Assembly (NCBI GenBank): GCA_965243025.1
Contig: CBDETY010000003.1
Location: 5,056,001-5,120,000 of the forward strand
DNA length: 64,000 bases
Source: Candidatus Latescibacterota bacterium
GTDB taxonomy: Bacteria > Latescibacterota > UBA2968 > UBA8231
Reading direction: 5' to 3'
The notes under the pieces were generated by a model. It was not told the origin of the DNA and did not search any database. It saw only the letters and a list, made by a program, of their open reading frames with translations. Made by a program: the position numbers and the translations under genes. Below, in pieces: positions 38,549 to 48,650 of the stretch (position 1 is the first letter of the stretch; every line of letters begins with the position of its first letter).

Positions 38549-40678
38549 TCAATAGGCCAGGGCGAACAGGCCGATAACCTCGTCGACCTTCTCGGCCTCG
38601 AGTCTGATCCGGTACAGGTAGGTGCCGGGAGGCGCCAGGGCGCCGCTGGCAGTGCGGCCGTCCCAGGTCTGCCGGTAGGCTCCGCTGGTCGACAGGCCGG
38701 AGCTCAGGGTGGCGACAGGCCTGCCGGAAAGGTCGAAGATTTCCAGCAGGACCTCTCGGGCGTCGGTCACTTCCCGCAGCTTGTAGTCCACGAAGACCCG
38801 GTCGTTGACGCCGTCGCCGTTGGGGGTGAAGGGGTTGGGGCCGACCGTCACGTCGGCGAGCAGGTCGCCGCCGATCGGCGAGCGCACCGACAGGTCGTCC
38901 CCGGAGAACCGGAAGGTGGCGTTGCCCGCCTCGATGCGCTGCTTGATGAGGTCGGGATCGGAGCTGTCGTAGACCCAGCCGGTGAACTGGGTTCCGAAGC
39001 GGAGAACCGGGGCGTCGAAAACGACCTCGATCTGCTTGAAACTGCTGTCGGGATCGGCCACCCGGAAGGGGAATGCGACAACCAGGCGGTCGTCTTCGAC
39101 CACGGGGGGAAACTCGTTGAGATCGACCTCGTAGACGCCGTCGATGGTGACGGACCGCACCTGCTCCGCCCGGGAGTGGGTTATGACTTCCAGGCGGTCG
39201 AACCCGCTGTCCTCCTCGTCGAACCGCGGCTTGATCACGTAGGTGAAGGTTTCCGGGTCGAAGCTTTTTACCTCGACCGGCCAGATTTCACCCACCACCT
39301 CCTGCGCGACAGGCGTCTCGCTGAAGAGGATGGCGACCTGTTCGAGTCGCGGGGCGACCTCGAAGGTGCCGAACATGCGGATATCGAGCTGCAGGTAGCG
39401 CCCGAGTCCCTCGGAAACGACCGGCAGGCCGTCCTCCCAGCTTCCGGCCGGGAGCGAGGAATCGCGGCGTCCGCCCTCGAAGTCGTAGACCGGAGACCAG
39501 AAAGTCCAGTTCTCCGTGTCGTATTCGATCGGCACCTGATCGAGGAAATTAATGTCTTCGTACACCTCTTTGGTGGTGGGAACGACGTTTCCGTTGGGGT
39601 CCATCTCGAAGTAAAGGCTTGGATCGGGAGTGTTGCCGGTGCGGGTGCGCACCTCAACCCTCGTTCCTTCCGGGAAGTCGCCGCTCCAGCGGATCCTGCC
39701 CCAGTTTACGTGCTTGCCGAAGTCCATGATCTGGGAGACGATGCCGGTCTCGCGGACGTACCCCTCGGGATAGATTTCCAGTTCGGCCACTTCCCAGCTG
39801 TGGGTGGGGTTCGGTTCGAACAGGAGCCAGCGCACCGAACGGGTGGGAAACTGCAGGTCGACGACCGTGTCGATGTTCTCCTCGGTGCTGTAGAGGACGT
39901 CGAACCGCCTGTCTCCGCGTTCGGGCCAGTTCGGATGCTTGGAATGAGTGCCGTGGGGATTGCGGTCGCACGGCCCCTTGACGAAGATGCCGACCGAGTT
40001 GTCGGCGACGCGGATGGTGAATCCGTTGAGAAAGTTCTCCGCGTAGCTTTCGACGTTGAAGGATTCGAGGGGGATGGGGGGATCGGCAAGCGACTCGATC
40101 AGGCGCGCGTCGTCGCGCTGACCGAGGCGAGGATAGAAACGGATCCGCGAGAGGGGAACGGGAACGCCCAGATCGAGTATGGCGATACCCTTGTACCCGG
40201 ATGCGCTCCGGAATCTGGCGTTGTAGATGATCTTGTAGAAGGTGGCCGTCTTGGGATCGCCGTCGAACGACGGCTTGTAGTTCTGTATGGTGCCCGCGTG
40301 CACGCAGCTGGTGGCGACCTGCACCCGGCCTCCGACCAGGGGCAGGGGTACGTCCGTTACTCCCGTGGTCGGGTCGGTGACCGCAACGTTGACGCTGCCG
40401 TCGAAGAACCAGGGCTCGATGGTGTTGGCCCGGGTGTCGATCCCGTCGCCGCCGGCCTGGCCGAACGGTGTTATTCCCACCGTCTCCCGGCGCTCGATGT
40501 CTCCCCCGCTGCCGAGAATGAAGTACTCTCCCGCCTCGGCCGGGCTCGTCGCCGCTTCCCAGGGATTCCCGTCCTCCCCGCCGAGGCGGTATTCGGTGCG
40601 GGCCAGGGCATCGGCGGCACCCCAGAAGACAACTGCTGCGACCGCCATGTTTCCGATTGGTGTGAACAGGTCGTTCAC
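38549..40678 (-). CDS. Large secreted hypothetical protein, discoidin-like region + FlgD/CHU_C-type tail (paralog A)
   Basis: GTG 40678 with GGAGG RBS; signal peptide; FDGD, LDLG..RIRFYPR, EVRTRTG, WTFWSPVY, RYLQ, PNPFTPNGDGVND; ends LAY*. Confidence 0.8.
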   Translation of the reverse strand: MNDLFTPIGNMAVAAVVFWGAADALARTEYRLGGEDGNPWEAATSPAEAGEYFILGSGGDIERRETVGITPFGQAGGDGIDTRANTIEPWFFDGSVNVAVTDPTTGVTDVPLPLVGGRVQVATSCVHAGTIQNYKPSFDGDPKTATFYKIIYNARFRSASGYKGIAILDLGVPVPLSRIRFYPRLGQRDDARLIESLADPPIPLESFNVESYAENFLNGFTIRVADNSVGIFVKGPCDRNPHGTHSKHPNWPERGDRRFDVLYSTEENIDTVVDLQFPTRSVRWLLFEPNPTHSWEVAELEIYPEGYVRETGIVSQIMDFGKHVNWGRIRWSGDFPEGTRVEVRTRTGNTPDPSLYFEMDPNGNVVPTTKEVYEDINFLDQVPIEYDTENWTFWSPVYDFEGGRRDSSLPAGSWEDGLPVVSEGLGRYLQLDIRMFGTFEVAPRLEQVAILFSETPVAQEVVGEIWPVEVKSFDPETFTYVIKPRFDEEDSGFDRLEVITHSRAEQVRSVTIDGVYEVDLNEFPPVVEDDRLVVAFPFRVADPDSSFKQIEVVFDAPVLRFGTQFTGWVYDSSDPDLIKQRIEAGNATFRFSGDDLSVRSPIGGDLLADVTVGPNPFTPNGDGVNDRVFVDYKLREVTDAREVLLEIFDLSGRPVATLSSGLSTSGAYRQTWDGRTASGALAPPGTYLYRIRLEAEKVDEVIGLFALAY

Positions 40679-40949
40679 TTCCGGCCTCCCTCGGCTGCCG
40701 TGTAGCAATTAAGGGGACGTCGCGGTTCCCATTAAGAAACTCAATACCGCGGGGGGGGACAATCCTGTTTTCCATCCGCCCGGGGCCGGATTTGAAACCT
40801 GATACAGTATGCCGTTTTCAACTCTTCAACAGCCGGCCAGAATCTCATTGAGCAGGCGGATGGCTATCGATATCTTCAGGCCCTTGGCGATCGAAGGCAA
40901 TGACATGACATCGACAGTGCGGGACGGAAGCCACACCGACAACAGGTTC

Positions 40950-42599
40950 ATGAACCGCATCCCGTTTTGGGCCGGGATCGTCTGGTTGCAGGTGATGTCC
41001 TGCGGGCACCCGGACAGGGACGTCGTCGCGGAGGTCGGGAGGTATCGCGTCGAGGCCGGCGCCCTGCGAAACCTGGTCGCCGACCTGCTGCCGGGGCAGC
41101 GGGCAAATGCCGCCGGCGACGAAGCGCGCCGCCACTACCTGCAGGTGATGGTCGACGGACGCCTGATGCTTCTCGAAGCGGAAAACCAGGCTCTGGAATC
41201 CCTGGAGGAAGTGCAGGCGGAGATCCGCGAAGCCGTAGACAAGCAGGTTCGCCGGTTGTATCTGACAGCGGAGATTCCTTCAGTACCCCCGGTCACCGAG
41301 GCGGACGCCAGGGCCCGGTTCGAGCAGGAGGGGTTCGGCCGCGAGCGTCTGTGCAGCGCCGTCCTGGTTGCCGACCGGGCCACCATGGACAGCGTGCTTG
41401 CAGCACTGTCGGGGGGCCGTTCTTTCGAGGAAGTTGCGAGTCGGTACTCACTCGACTCCCGTTCGGCGGCCCAGGGGGGCGAGCTGGGCTACGTCGGCCC
41501 GAGGACGATCGACAGACTCAACCTCCCTCCCGATCTGTTTCGCAGCCTTCCCGCGGGGAAGGTGTCGCCGCCGATCCCCGCCGGAAGGGGCGCCTGGCAG
41601 GTATTCCGCTTCACCGACGAACGCGGCGTTCCGTTCGCCAGGCACCGGACTTTCATAGAGACTCTCCTGCAGACCGAGCGCCGGACCCGGGCCGAACGGC
41701 AACACCTGGAACGCCTGCAGGAATCCTTCGAGGTACGCCTGAATGCGGCAGGCCTCAGGGAACTGATCGAGGCCTACGGCCGCCGGCAGACCGGGGATCT
41801 GCCCGCCAGCACCACCGCCCTTTACCTCCACGACGAAGGAGCAATCGGCGTTGCCGAGGCGAACGAAGCCCTGCGGGCCGGGAATCTTCGCCGCGCCTTC
41901 GCTGACAGCGCCGACGCGGCGGCGACGTTCAACGGGGCGGTTCTGCGCCCTTACCTGATACGGCGGGCGGCGCGAGGGGCCGGCTACTACGACAGGCCCG
42001 ACATCGCCGAGTACCGGGAACGGGTCCGCATCAACGTTCTCGCCGGCCGGCTCAGGGCCCTCGCCATGGAGGAGATCGAGCTGTCGGAGGCGGACATCCG
42101 CGCCTACTACGATGCCAACCCCGGGATGTTCCGCATAGAACCCTACACCTCGGTCGAAGAGCTGTTGCTGCCCAGTGTGGCAGAGGCCGCCGGGTGCAAG
42201 CAAGAACTGCTGGACGGGGAGCCTTTCGAGAACCTCGTTTCCCGCAGCACGAGGTCCGACGCCGTCGAAAACGAGGGCCGATACCACTTCCACCCCCGGG
42301 ACGCCCTGGTTTATCCCCTCCTGATGGCCGCCATCGACCAGGCCTCCGCGGGGAAGTGGACCGGACCGGTGCAGGTGGAGGAAGGATACTCCGTCTTCCG
42401 TGTTTCCGAGCGGATACCCGAAGGGGTGAAGCCGTACGAGCGGGCCCGGAACAAGGCCCGCCAACTGCTGCTGCGGGAGCGGGAGGCGAAGGAGCTCGAC
42501 AGGTTGGTAAACAGCCTGCGCGAAAAATACGAGGCCGAAGTCGTCGTCCACGAAGGGAATCTCAGGGGCGCCCTGCCGGACAGCCTCCTGGCGGGTTGA
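40950..42599 (+). CDS. Parvulin/PpiC-type peptidyl-prolyl isomerase-like chaperone with two rotamase domains, probable lipoprotein
   Basis: Lipobox-like VMS-C; SurA-like N domain; FEEVASRYSLD..SAAQGGELGY; second domain IRAYYDANP...FENL...GPVQVEEGYSVFRV. Confidence 0.82.
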   Translation: MNRIPFWAGIVWLQVMSCGHPDRDVVAEVGRYRVEAGALRNLVADLLPGQRANAAGDEARRHYLQVMVDGRLMLLEAENQALESLEEVQAEIREAVDKQVRRLYLTAEIPSVPPVTEADARARFEQEGFGRERLCSAVLVADRATMDSVLAALSGGRSFEEVASRYSLDSRSAAQGGELGYVGPRTIDRLNLPPDLFRSLPAGKVSPPIPAGRGAWQVFRFTDERGVPFARHRTFIETLLQTERRTRAERQHLERLQESFEVRLNAAGLRELIEAYGRRQTGDLPASTTALYLHDEGAIGVAEANEALRAGNLRRAFADSADAAATFNGAVLRPYLIRRAARGAGYYDRPDIAEYRERVRINVLAGRLRALAMEEIELSEADIRAYYDANPGMFRIEPYTSVEELLLPSVAEAAGCKQELLDGEPFENLVSRSTRSDAVENEGRYHFHPRDALVYPLLMAAIDQASAGKWTGPVQVEEGYSVFRVSERIPEGVKPYERARNKARQLLLREREAKELDRLVNSLREKYEAEVVVHEGNLRGALPDSLLAG

Positions 42600-42620
42600 C
42601 GCTCCAGGTGGTGGATACTC

Positions 42621-45600
42621 ATGAAACGACATGACGGAATGCATCCCCGCATGCTCCTCGCGGGTCTCTGCAGCCTGGCGGTGCTCGCAGCTGCCCGGCA
42701 CGCCCCGGCTCAGGTGGAGACCCGGGGGGCGGAGGTCAGCAACGAGTTGATCAGCGTCAACAGCGCCTCCCACTGGGAGAACTGGTCGATTCCAACGCAC
42801 GCGGTCGACATCGTCGGCGACGCGGTCGTTCCGCACTACTTCCGAATGCGCTTCAACGTGCTGGAGGATTTCCGCACCTACCGGAGATCGATCGACGAGC
42901 TGACCTGGCCGGTCGACGACAAGTTCAGGGTCCACGGGGGGGTCGGGGCCTTCACGGCGGTGCCCAACGTGCAGCGCACCTTCTCCCTGGACGCCAACGG
43001 CGAAATGAAGCTGCGCAACGACCTCAACATGGAGAAGTATCTCGACGCAAACTTCCTCAAGTATCCGGGCAACGAGGCCCACCTCGTTATCGACGGGGTG
43101 CTCTTCGTCCTCGAGGACACGACGATGACCGCTGCCAAGGAAGGGGTCCTCACCTTGAGGAACGCCCGAACGGGCAGGACTTCGAGGATGGATTTCCAGA
43201 CCAAGGACAAGCTTCCCTTCCCCATCTACGAGTACTCCGTTCGCCAGGGGGTCAGCCGGCTCGGCTCCGGCAGCGTCGACCAGGGGGCCCTGTTCGACGG
43301 CGATCCCGGTACCTACTGGGAGCCGGACGCGAACGATCCCCTCGAGAAATGGTGGATCGAGATCGACCTGGGGAGGACGGTGCTCGTCGACGAGATCGTC
43401 CTGAAGTTCGCAGATGCCGGGAACGGAGATCCGTTTCGCCAGTTCAAGGTGCTCACCGAGCCCGGCCAGCAGCTGATTCTCGAAGAGGCAGGCGAGCTGG
43501 AATTCGCTGTCGTGGCGGGAACCGACGCCCCCAACGAAGACCAGCGGACCTTCAGTTTCGGGATGGAGGACACGCGGGACGCCGCTCCCGGCTGGGACGG
43601 CCGCATGGTCGAGACCATCCGCATCGTCGTCTTCGACACCAAGGGGTCCCGTCACACCAGGCTGGGATCCGAGGCCGAATGGCAGGACCTCGACCCGGCC
43701 GACCGCGGCGACATCGTCCATTTCGTCAGGGATCAGGGCGGCTTCGAGGAACCGGTCTCCCGGGAGGAGTACGACCAGCTGCCCGGCCAGCGGCAGGGCC
43801 GCAGGGATTTCTACCGGCGCGAGCGGCCCCGCCTGTCAGAAGTCGAGGTCTGGGGCCTGGGGGACAACATCGGCCCGGGAATCAAGCAGGGCGGCGGCAG
43901 CTTCGACGTCATCGGCGAAGGGGTCAGCTCCCCCATCGACGCCTTCGACGGGGACTACAACACCTATTTCTCGCAGCAGCTGCCGACCCCGACCCTGGCG
44001 CAGCGCGGCCTCATGGTCGCCGACCTCGGGGCGACCTTCTGGCTCGATCAGCTGCGCATCTCGGCGGTCTGGATCCGCAGCTACACCACGGTCTTCGACG
44101 GCTACATCCACCGCGGCTCCGACGGCACCAGTGACGCGCGCGGGCGGCTGAAATGGACGCGTCTCAGCTCCGCGGAGCGGGAGAAGAACCAGGCTCCCCA
44201 GTACCTGCAGATAAAGGACGAGTACCCCGAAGCCCCGAGAATCCGCTTCCTGGAGACACGCATCGTCAGCGAAAGGGATGCCTTCCGCACCTCCAGCGAG
44301 GGGGCGGGCATCGTCGAGTACCAGCTGTACACCCGGGCTTACCCGGCCGAAGTCGTCCTCGAGTCGGATCTGTTCGCCCTGCCGGGAACCCGCAACCTCG
44401 GCCGCATCTTCTGGGACGCCGACACTCCCCCGGGAACCGGCATAGAGGTGCGGACCCGCAGCGGCGATCTGCTCGGCAAGGTGGTCCGCTACTTCGACGA
44501 CGCCGGCAAGGAGATCAGCCTGACGGCCTGGAAGAGTCTGCGGCGGCCGCCTCCCCCGGACACCGTTTTCGTGCCGACTTCCGGCTGGAGTCCCTGGAGC
44601 AACGTCTACCAGGGATCCGGGGACCGCGTCACCTCTCCCGGCCTGCGCAAATACCTGCAGGCCCAGGTCGTGCTCACCACCGACGAGCGCGAGGCGGCTG
44701 CGCGCATCCGCTCGCTGGAGATAGAGCTGGTAGCTCCCGTCGGGGAACGCATCCTCGCGGAGGTCTGGCCCAGCGAGGTTCCCGATCCCGGGGTGGTCGA
44801 CACCTTCGAGGTGTACATACGGCCCAACTTCATCGAGGACCCGGCCCCGTCGCGAAGCCTGGGGTTCGACGAGATCCTGCTCGAGCTGGGCAGCGGCGGC
44901 ATCGAGCTTCTCGAGCTCGCGGTCGGCGCGGATCCGGCCTCCGGGACCGCGGATCAGACTTTCAGGCCGGTCGATGGAGTTTTCTCGGACCAGGAGGGAG
45001 CCGGCCTCGAGGTGCTGCGCAACGGCGCCGATTCGATCTGGGTGCGGTTTCCCGAACTGCAGACGAGCCGCGACGATGCCGAACCGGTTTACCATCGCAT
45101 CACCTCTGAAGGGGACGAGGTTCCGGTCGATCAGAACGGCGTCATGCTGACGGCTGCGGCCTATGGCCTGCTGAGCGGCGAAGAGCAGGGCGCCGTGCAG
45201 TACTTCCGTCTGGAGGCCGATGGCGGGCTGGCGGAAGTCGACCACCCCGACTACGCCGAACTCGATCCCTCCGAGCAGGGCCCGGTTCGCTACTTCCGGG
45301 TTCTGCAGGGAGACGGCTCGCAGTTTCCGTTTTCAGCGGGAGGCGACACCCTGACCTCGGCGGGCTACAGCAGTCTCGGAAGGGCCGAGCGGGGATCGGT
45401 CGTCGCCGAGGGCAACCTCATGCGCGTTACTTTCGCCGCCCCGGTGTACCGAAACGGCACGACCCTGGTGCTCGCCGCCCGCAACAGCGGGGGCGGCGCC
45501 GATCCGGAGGCGCCCTGGCAGACGATCGAGGCCGGCGACGCGACCCCGGCGTTCGACGGCAACACCTTGTCGATCGGCGTGCCCCTGGGTCTGGCGGCGC

Positions 45601-45920
45601 TCTCCGAGGTGGAGATAAGCCCGAATCCGTTTACCCCCAACGGCGACGGCATCAACGACGCAGCCCGGATCGGCCTTTCGGTCTTCAAGATAACCGCCGG
45701 CAGAGAGCTCGGGGTAAGCATCCACTCTCTCGACGGACGTCGCGTCTGGGAGGCGAAGCAGGTGGTATCCGGCGGAGCGCACACGATTCAATGGTCCGGG
45801 GTGGACAATGCCGGGAAGTCCGTGCCCCCGGGAATGTACATCTGCCGCATCGAGCTCGACGTCGATTCGAAGGACCGGGGAGAGGCCGCGGTGGCCCGCC
45901 TCATTTCGGTTGCCTATTGA
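42621..45920 (+). CDS. Large secreted hypothetical protein, two discoidin-like regions + FlgD/CHU_C-type tail (paralog B)
   Basis: Signal peptide; LFDGDPGTYW...IEIDLG, AFDGDYNTYF...DLG, EVRTRSG, WSPWSNVY, KYLQ, PNPFTPNGDGIND; ends VAY*. Confidence 0.82.
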   Translation: MKRHDGMHPRMLLAGLCSLAVLAAARHAPAQVETRGAEVSNELISVNSASHWENWSIPTHAVDIVGDAVVPHYFRMRFNVLEDFRTYRRSIDELTWPVDDKFRVHGGVGAFTAVPNVQRTFSLDANGEMKLRNDLNMEKYLDANFLKYPGNEAHLVIDGVLFVLEDTTMTAAKEGVLTLRNARTGRTSRMDFQTKDKLPFPIYEYSVRQGVSRLGSGSVDQGALFDGDPGTYWEPDANDPLEKWWIEIDLGRTVLVDEIVLKFADAGNGDPFRQFKVLTEPGQQLILEEAGELEFAVVAGTDAPNEDQRTFSFGMEDTRDAAPGWDGRMVETIRIVVFDTKGSRHTRLGSEAEWQDLDPADRGDIVHFVRDQGGFEEPVSREEYDQLPGQRQGRRDFYRRERPRLSEVEVWGLGDNIGPGIKQGGGSFDVIGEGVSSPIDAFDGDYNTYFSQQLPTPTLAQRGLMVADLGATFWLDQLRISAVWIRSYTTVFDGYIHRGSDGTSDARGRLKWTRLSSAEREKNQAPQYLQIKDEYPEAPRIRFLETRIVSERDAFRTSSEGAGIVEYQLYTRAYPAEVVLESDLFALPGTRNLGRIFWDADTPPGTGIEVRTRSGDLLGKVVRYFDDAGKEISLTAWKSLRRPPPPDTVFVPTSGWSPWSNVYQGSGDRVTSPGLRKYLQAQVVLTTDEREAAARIRSLEIELVAPVGERILAEVWPSEVPDPGVVDTFEVYIRPNFIEDPAPSRSLGFDEILLELGSGGIELLELAVGADPASGTADQTFRPVDGVFSDQEGAGLEVLRNGADSIWVRFPELQTSRDDAEPVYHRITSEGDEVPVDQNGVMLTAAAYGLLSGEEQGAVQYFRLEADGGLAEVDHPDYAELDPSEQGPVRYFRVLQGDGSQFPFSAGGDTLTSAGYSSLGRAERGSVVAEGNLMRVTFAAPVYRNGTTLVLAARNSGGGADPEAPWQTIEAGDATPAFDGNTLSIGVPLGLAALSEVEISPNPFTPNGDGINDAARIGLSVFKITAGRELGVSIHSLDGRRVWEAKQVVSGGAHTIQWSGVDNAGKSVPPGMYICRIELDVDSKDRGEAAVARLISVAY

Positions 45921-45946
45921 GAGATCTCAACATCTGGGAGGGTGTC

Positions 45947-48640
45947 GTGAGAATAATCGGACGACCAGCAGCAACCATCCTCGTCGCCGCGGCGCTGGCA
46001 GCGACAACCTCGTCTGCCGCCGCCCAGGAGTACGGGTCACGGCTGGGCAACGTTCGGCGGGGAGGCGAAGTCTCATTCGATCCGCGCGGCCCCGGGGTCC
46101 TGTTCGGAGCCCTCGACCCGGCGATGAAGAAGTGGTACGTGTCCCAGGAGCTGTATGCCGAGTACGCCTGGAAACAGTGGGAATACTCGAACTACGCCCG
46201 CAGGCACTTCGCCCGTTATGTCGATATCGCCCTGGAAGGGGACTATTACTACGACCTCTACGGGAACTTCGTCACTCACGGCTGGCTCATCTTCAACAAT
46301 TCGCAGAGCCAGCCCCAGCAGTTCGGCAGCTCGGTGCTCAAGGCCAACCGTTTCGACGGGTGGTTCAGCGGGGCGGTGATTTCCGCGGACGCCAAGGGGC
46401 AGTACCAGTACGCGCTGACGATCAGCAACCAGCTGCGGACGACGCTGACCCCGATGACCTTCTCCAAACCCAGGTGGGACGGGGTCCAGTTCGACTGGGC
46501 TTCCGACAAGTACATGGGAACGGTCGTCTATTCGCGCATCAGCTCCCCGGGAGGCAGCTCGACGCTCGACCTGGAACGGCTGGCAACGAACGCCACCTCC
46601 CTGTTCGGCGGCCGGGTGGAAGGCCAGGTCGGCGATTTCGCCACCGTCGGCCTCACCTACGTGAACTCGCACCAGTCAAACACCCTGCGCGACGGTTTCA
46701 GCGGCGACCCCTTCTCCGGGGAGCTGACCATCGATCAGAACAAAACCGTCAGCTTCATCGAGATCGTGCTGCGCGACGACTCTCCCGAGGACGGCAAGGG
46801 AGGGGCGGCCTACTTTCCGGCCGGCTCGGACATCATCATCACCTACTCCGGGCGGGACGCGGAGGGCAGGAAGCTCCGGGACGAAGGCCAGAAGATCCGC
46901 TTCGAACCGATTGTGGAGGGCGGGTTCATCGAAGAGGGATACCTCGCCGCCGACGGCGCCGAGGAGATCCGCCTTCGCTACGACTTCAACAACCCCGATT
47001 TCGTCAATCGTTCGAGCGCCCCGAAGGAGGAGATCGAAAAGGTCGAATTCCGCCTGGTTCTGGGGAACGACTACCAGATCTGGATCACCTCCAGCCAGCA
47101 GGTTAGCCAGTCCGGGGACGCGGTTCTGCTGCCCGTAACCCGGGCCGAGGGCAACGTGCAGGACAACACCAACCTGCGCGTGGTCAGCTTCGAATACGGC
47201 CTGCCGACGGCGACGCAGATTCTCGGGGGGACTCTGGAGCTGTCGGACGTGGCGGGTTTCGACGTCTTCGCCGAGTACGACCTGAGCTACTCCTTCACGA
47301 AGTATCCCAATATCGCCAGCGAAAGCCACTCTACCTCCTCGGGCTTCAAAGGGGCGCGGGCGGCGCCGGCTTGGATGATCAACGCCTCGCGGAGCAACTA
47401 TCCCTGGTTCCTGTTCGGGGAGGTTTACAGCATGAACCCGCGCTACAACACCCGAACGTTCGCCACCTCCACGGATGGCTTCATCGGTTACGACGACACC
47501 CGGTTGTACGCGGTGGAGCTGGTCGAAGACAACGACGACCAGGATCGCTTCCCCGATACGAGACGCAGGGACTCTCTGGCGGGGGACCGCGAGGTGTTTC
47601 CTGGATGGGACGAAAACAACGACTTCATTTCCGACTTCAACCAGAACGACAACGCGGTGATAACCAACTCGGTACCGGACTACGAGGAGTCGTTCCTGCG
47701 GCACAACGTCGACCGTCCGGAGTTCCTCTTCGGTATCGATCTCAACAACAACCTGTGGGTCGACCGTTTCGAGAACGACGAGGATCCGGATTACCCCTAC
47801 CGCAAGGATCACGAAGGGTTCAACCTCTACGCCGGGACGCACCTTACCCCCGACACCCGCTTGACTGCAGGCCTCCTGCGCGAAGACCTGATCTCCTCCG
47901 ACCAGAAAAACCACGTCGACTACCTGATGTTCACCCTGGACCGCGACATTCCCGTCTGGGGGCGTTTCAGGGTTTTCGACATGCTCAAGTCGGTGAGGGA
48001 CGACATACCCAACGACCTCCTGCAGTGGCTGCCGAACGCCAACCTGAAAACCGGGGAAGGGACCTCCATCGTCGATCCCCTGGTGGCCCCCGACACTTGG
48101 ACCAACAGTTTCTGGGCCGGTCACGACTATCGGATCGCCGGGTTGTCGACGAGCAACTACCTGAAGTGGGATTACTACAACCAGCGCAAGGACGAGGTGG
48201 AGCTCGACCTCCTGGGGCTGAGGGCGAAGGATTACTTCTTCGGCCTGATCAACAAGGCCAGCTACCGGTTCGACCTCGGCGTCCTCTGGTTCGAGCCGAG
48301 GTGGAAGAGCGAATACCGGCGGCAAACCCTGGGTCTTGCGACATCCAACCGGGAGAAAAGGGTGGAGCTGGCGCAGGTCGGCGGGCTCATCGCCGGGCTT
48401 TCACTGCTGACGCATACCTTCGTTCAGGGGGGGATCGAGTTCACCTTCCTCAACGACTTCGAGGGTGACGCCGATATGAACGGCACCGCCACCGCCCTGC
48501 AGCTGACCAACATCTCCGACTACCTGGGTTACAAGCTCACTACCCAGGCAGGCATCAAGATCGACTACCTCGACCGCAAGGGGCGCGACCCCACGACGCT
48601 GGCCAAGAGCTTCATCACCGTGTACGCCGGCCTGGAGTAG
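45947..48640 (+). CDS. Hypothetical large exported protein, probable outer-membrane beta-barrel with Asp-rich Ca-binding loops
   Basis: GTG 45947 with GGAGG RBS; signal peptide (AAA-Q); many amphipathic strands ending FITVYAGLE; DNDDQDRFPD, DENNDFISD, DLNNNLWVD motifs. Confidence 0.72.
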   Translation: MRIIGRPAATILVAAALAATTSSAAAQEYGSRLGNVRRGGEVSFDPRGPGVLFGALDPAMKKWYVSQELYAEYAWKQWEYSNYARRHFARYVDIALEGDYYYDLYGNFVTHGWLIFNNSQSQPQQFGSSVLKANRFDGWFSGAVISADAKGQYQYALTISNQLRTTLTPMTFSKPRWDGVQFDWASDKYMGTVVYSRISSPGGSSTLDLERLATNATSLFGGRVEGQVGDFATVGLTYVNSHQSNTLRDGFSGDPFSGELTIDQNKTVSFIEIVLRDDSPEDGKGGAAYFPAGSDIIITYSGRDAEGRKLRDEGQKIRFEPIVEGGFIEEGYLAADGAEEIRLRYDFNNPDFVNRSSAPKEEIEKVEFRLVLGNDYQIWITSSQQVSQSGDAVLLPVTRAEGNVQDNTNLRVVSFEYGLPTATQILGGTLELSDVAGFDVFAEYDLSYSFTKYPNIASESHSTSSGFKGARAAPAWMINASRSNYPWFLFGEVYSMNPRYNTRTFATSTDGFIGYDDTRLYAVELVEDNDDQDRFPDTRRRDSLAGDREVFPGWDENNDFISDFNQNDNAVITNSVPDYEESFLRHNVDRPEFLFGIDLNNNLWVDRFENDEDPDYPYRKDHEGFNLYAGTHLTPDTRLTAGLLREDLISSDQKNHVDYLMFTLDRDIPVWGRFRVFDMLKSVRDDIPNDLLQWLPNANLKTGEGTSIVDPLVAPDTWTNSFWAGHDYRIAGLSTSNYLKWDYYNQRKDEVELDLLGLRAKDYFFGLINKASYRFDLGVLWFEPRWKSEYRRQTLGLATSNREKRVELAQVGGLIAGLSLLTHTFVQGGIEFTFLNDFEGDADMNGTATALQLTNISDYLGYKLTTQAGIKIDYLDRKGRDPTTLAKSFITVYAGLE

Positions 48641-48650
48641 CGGGTGCTGC

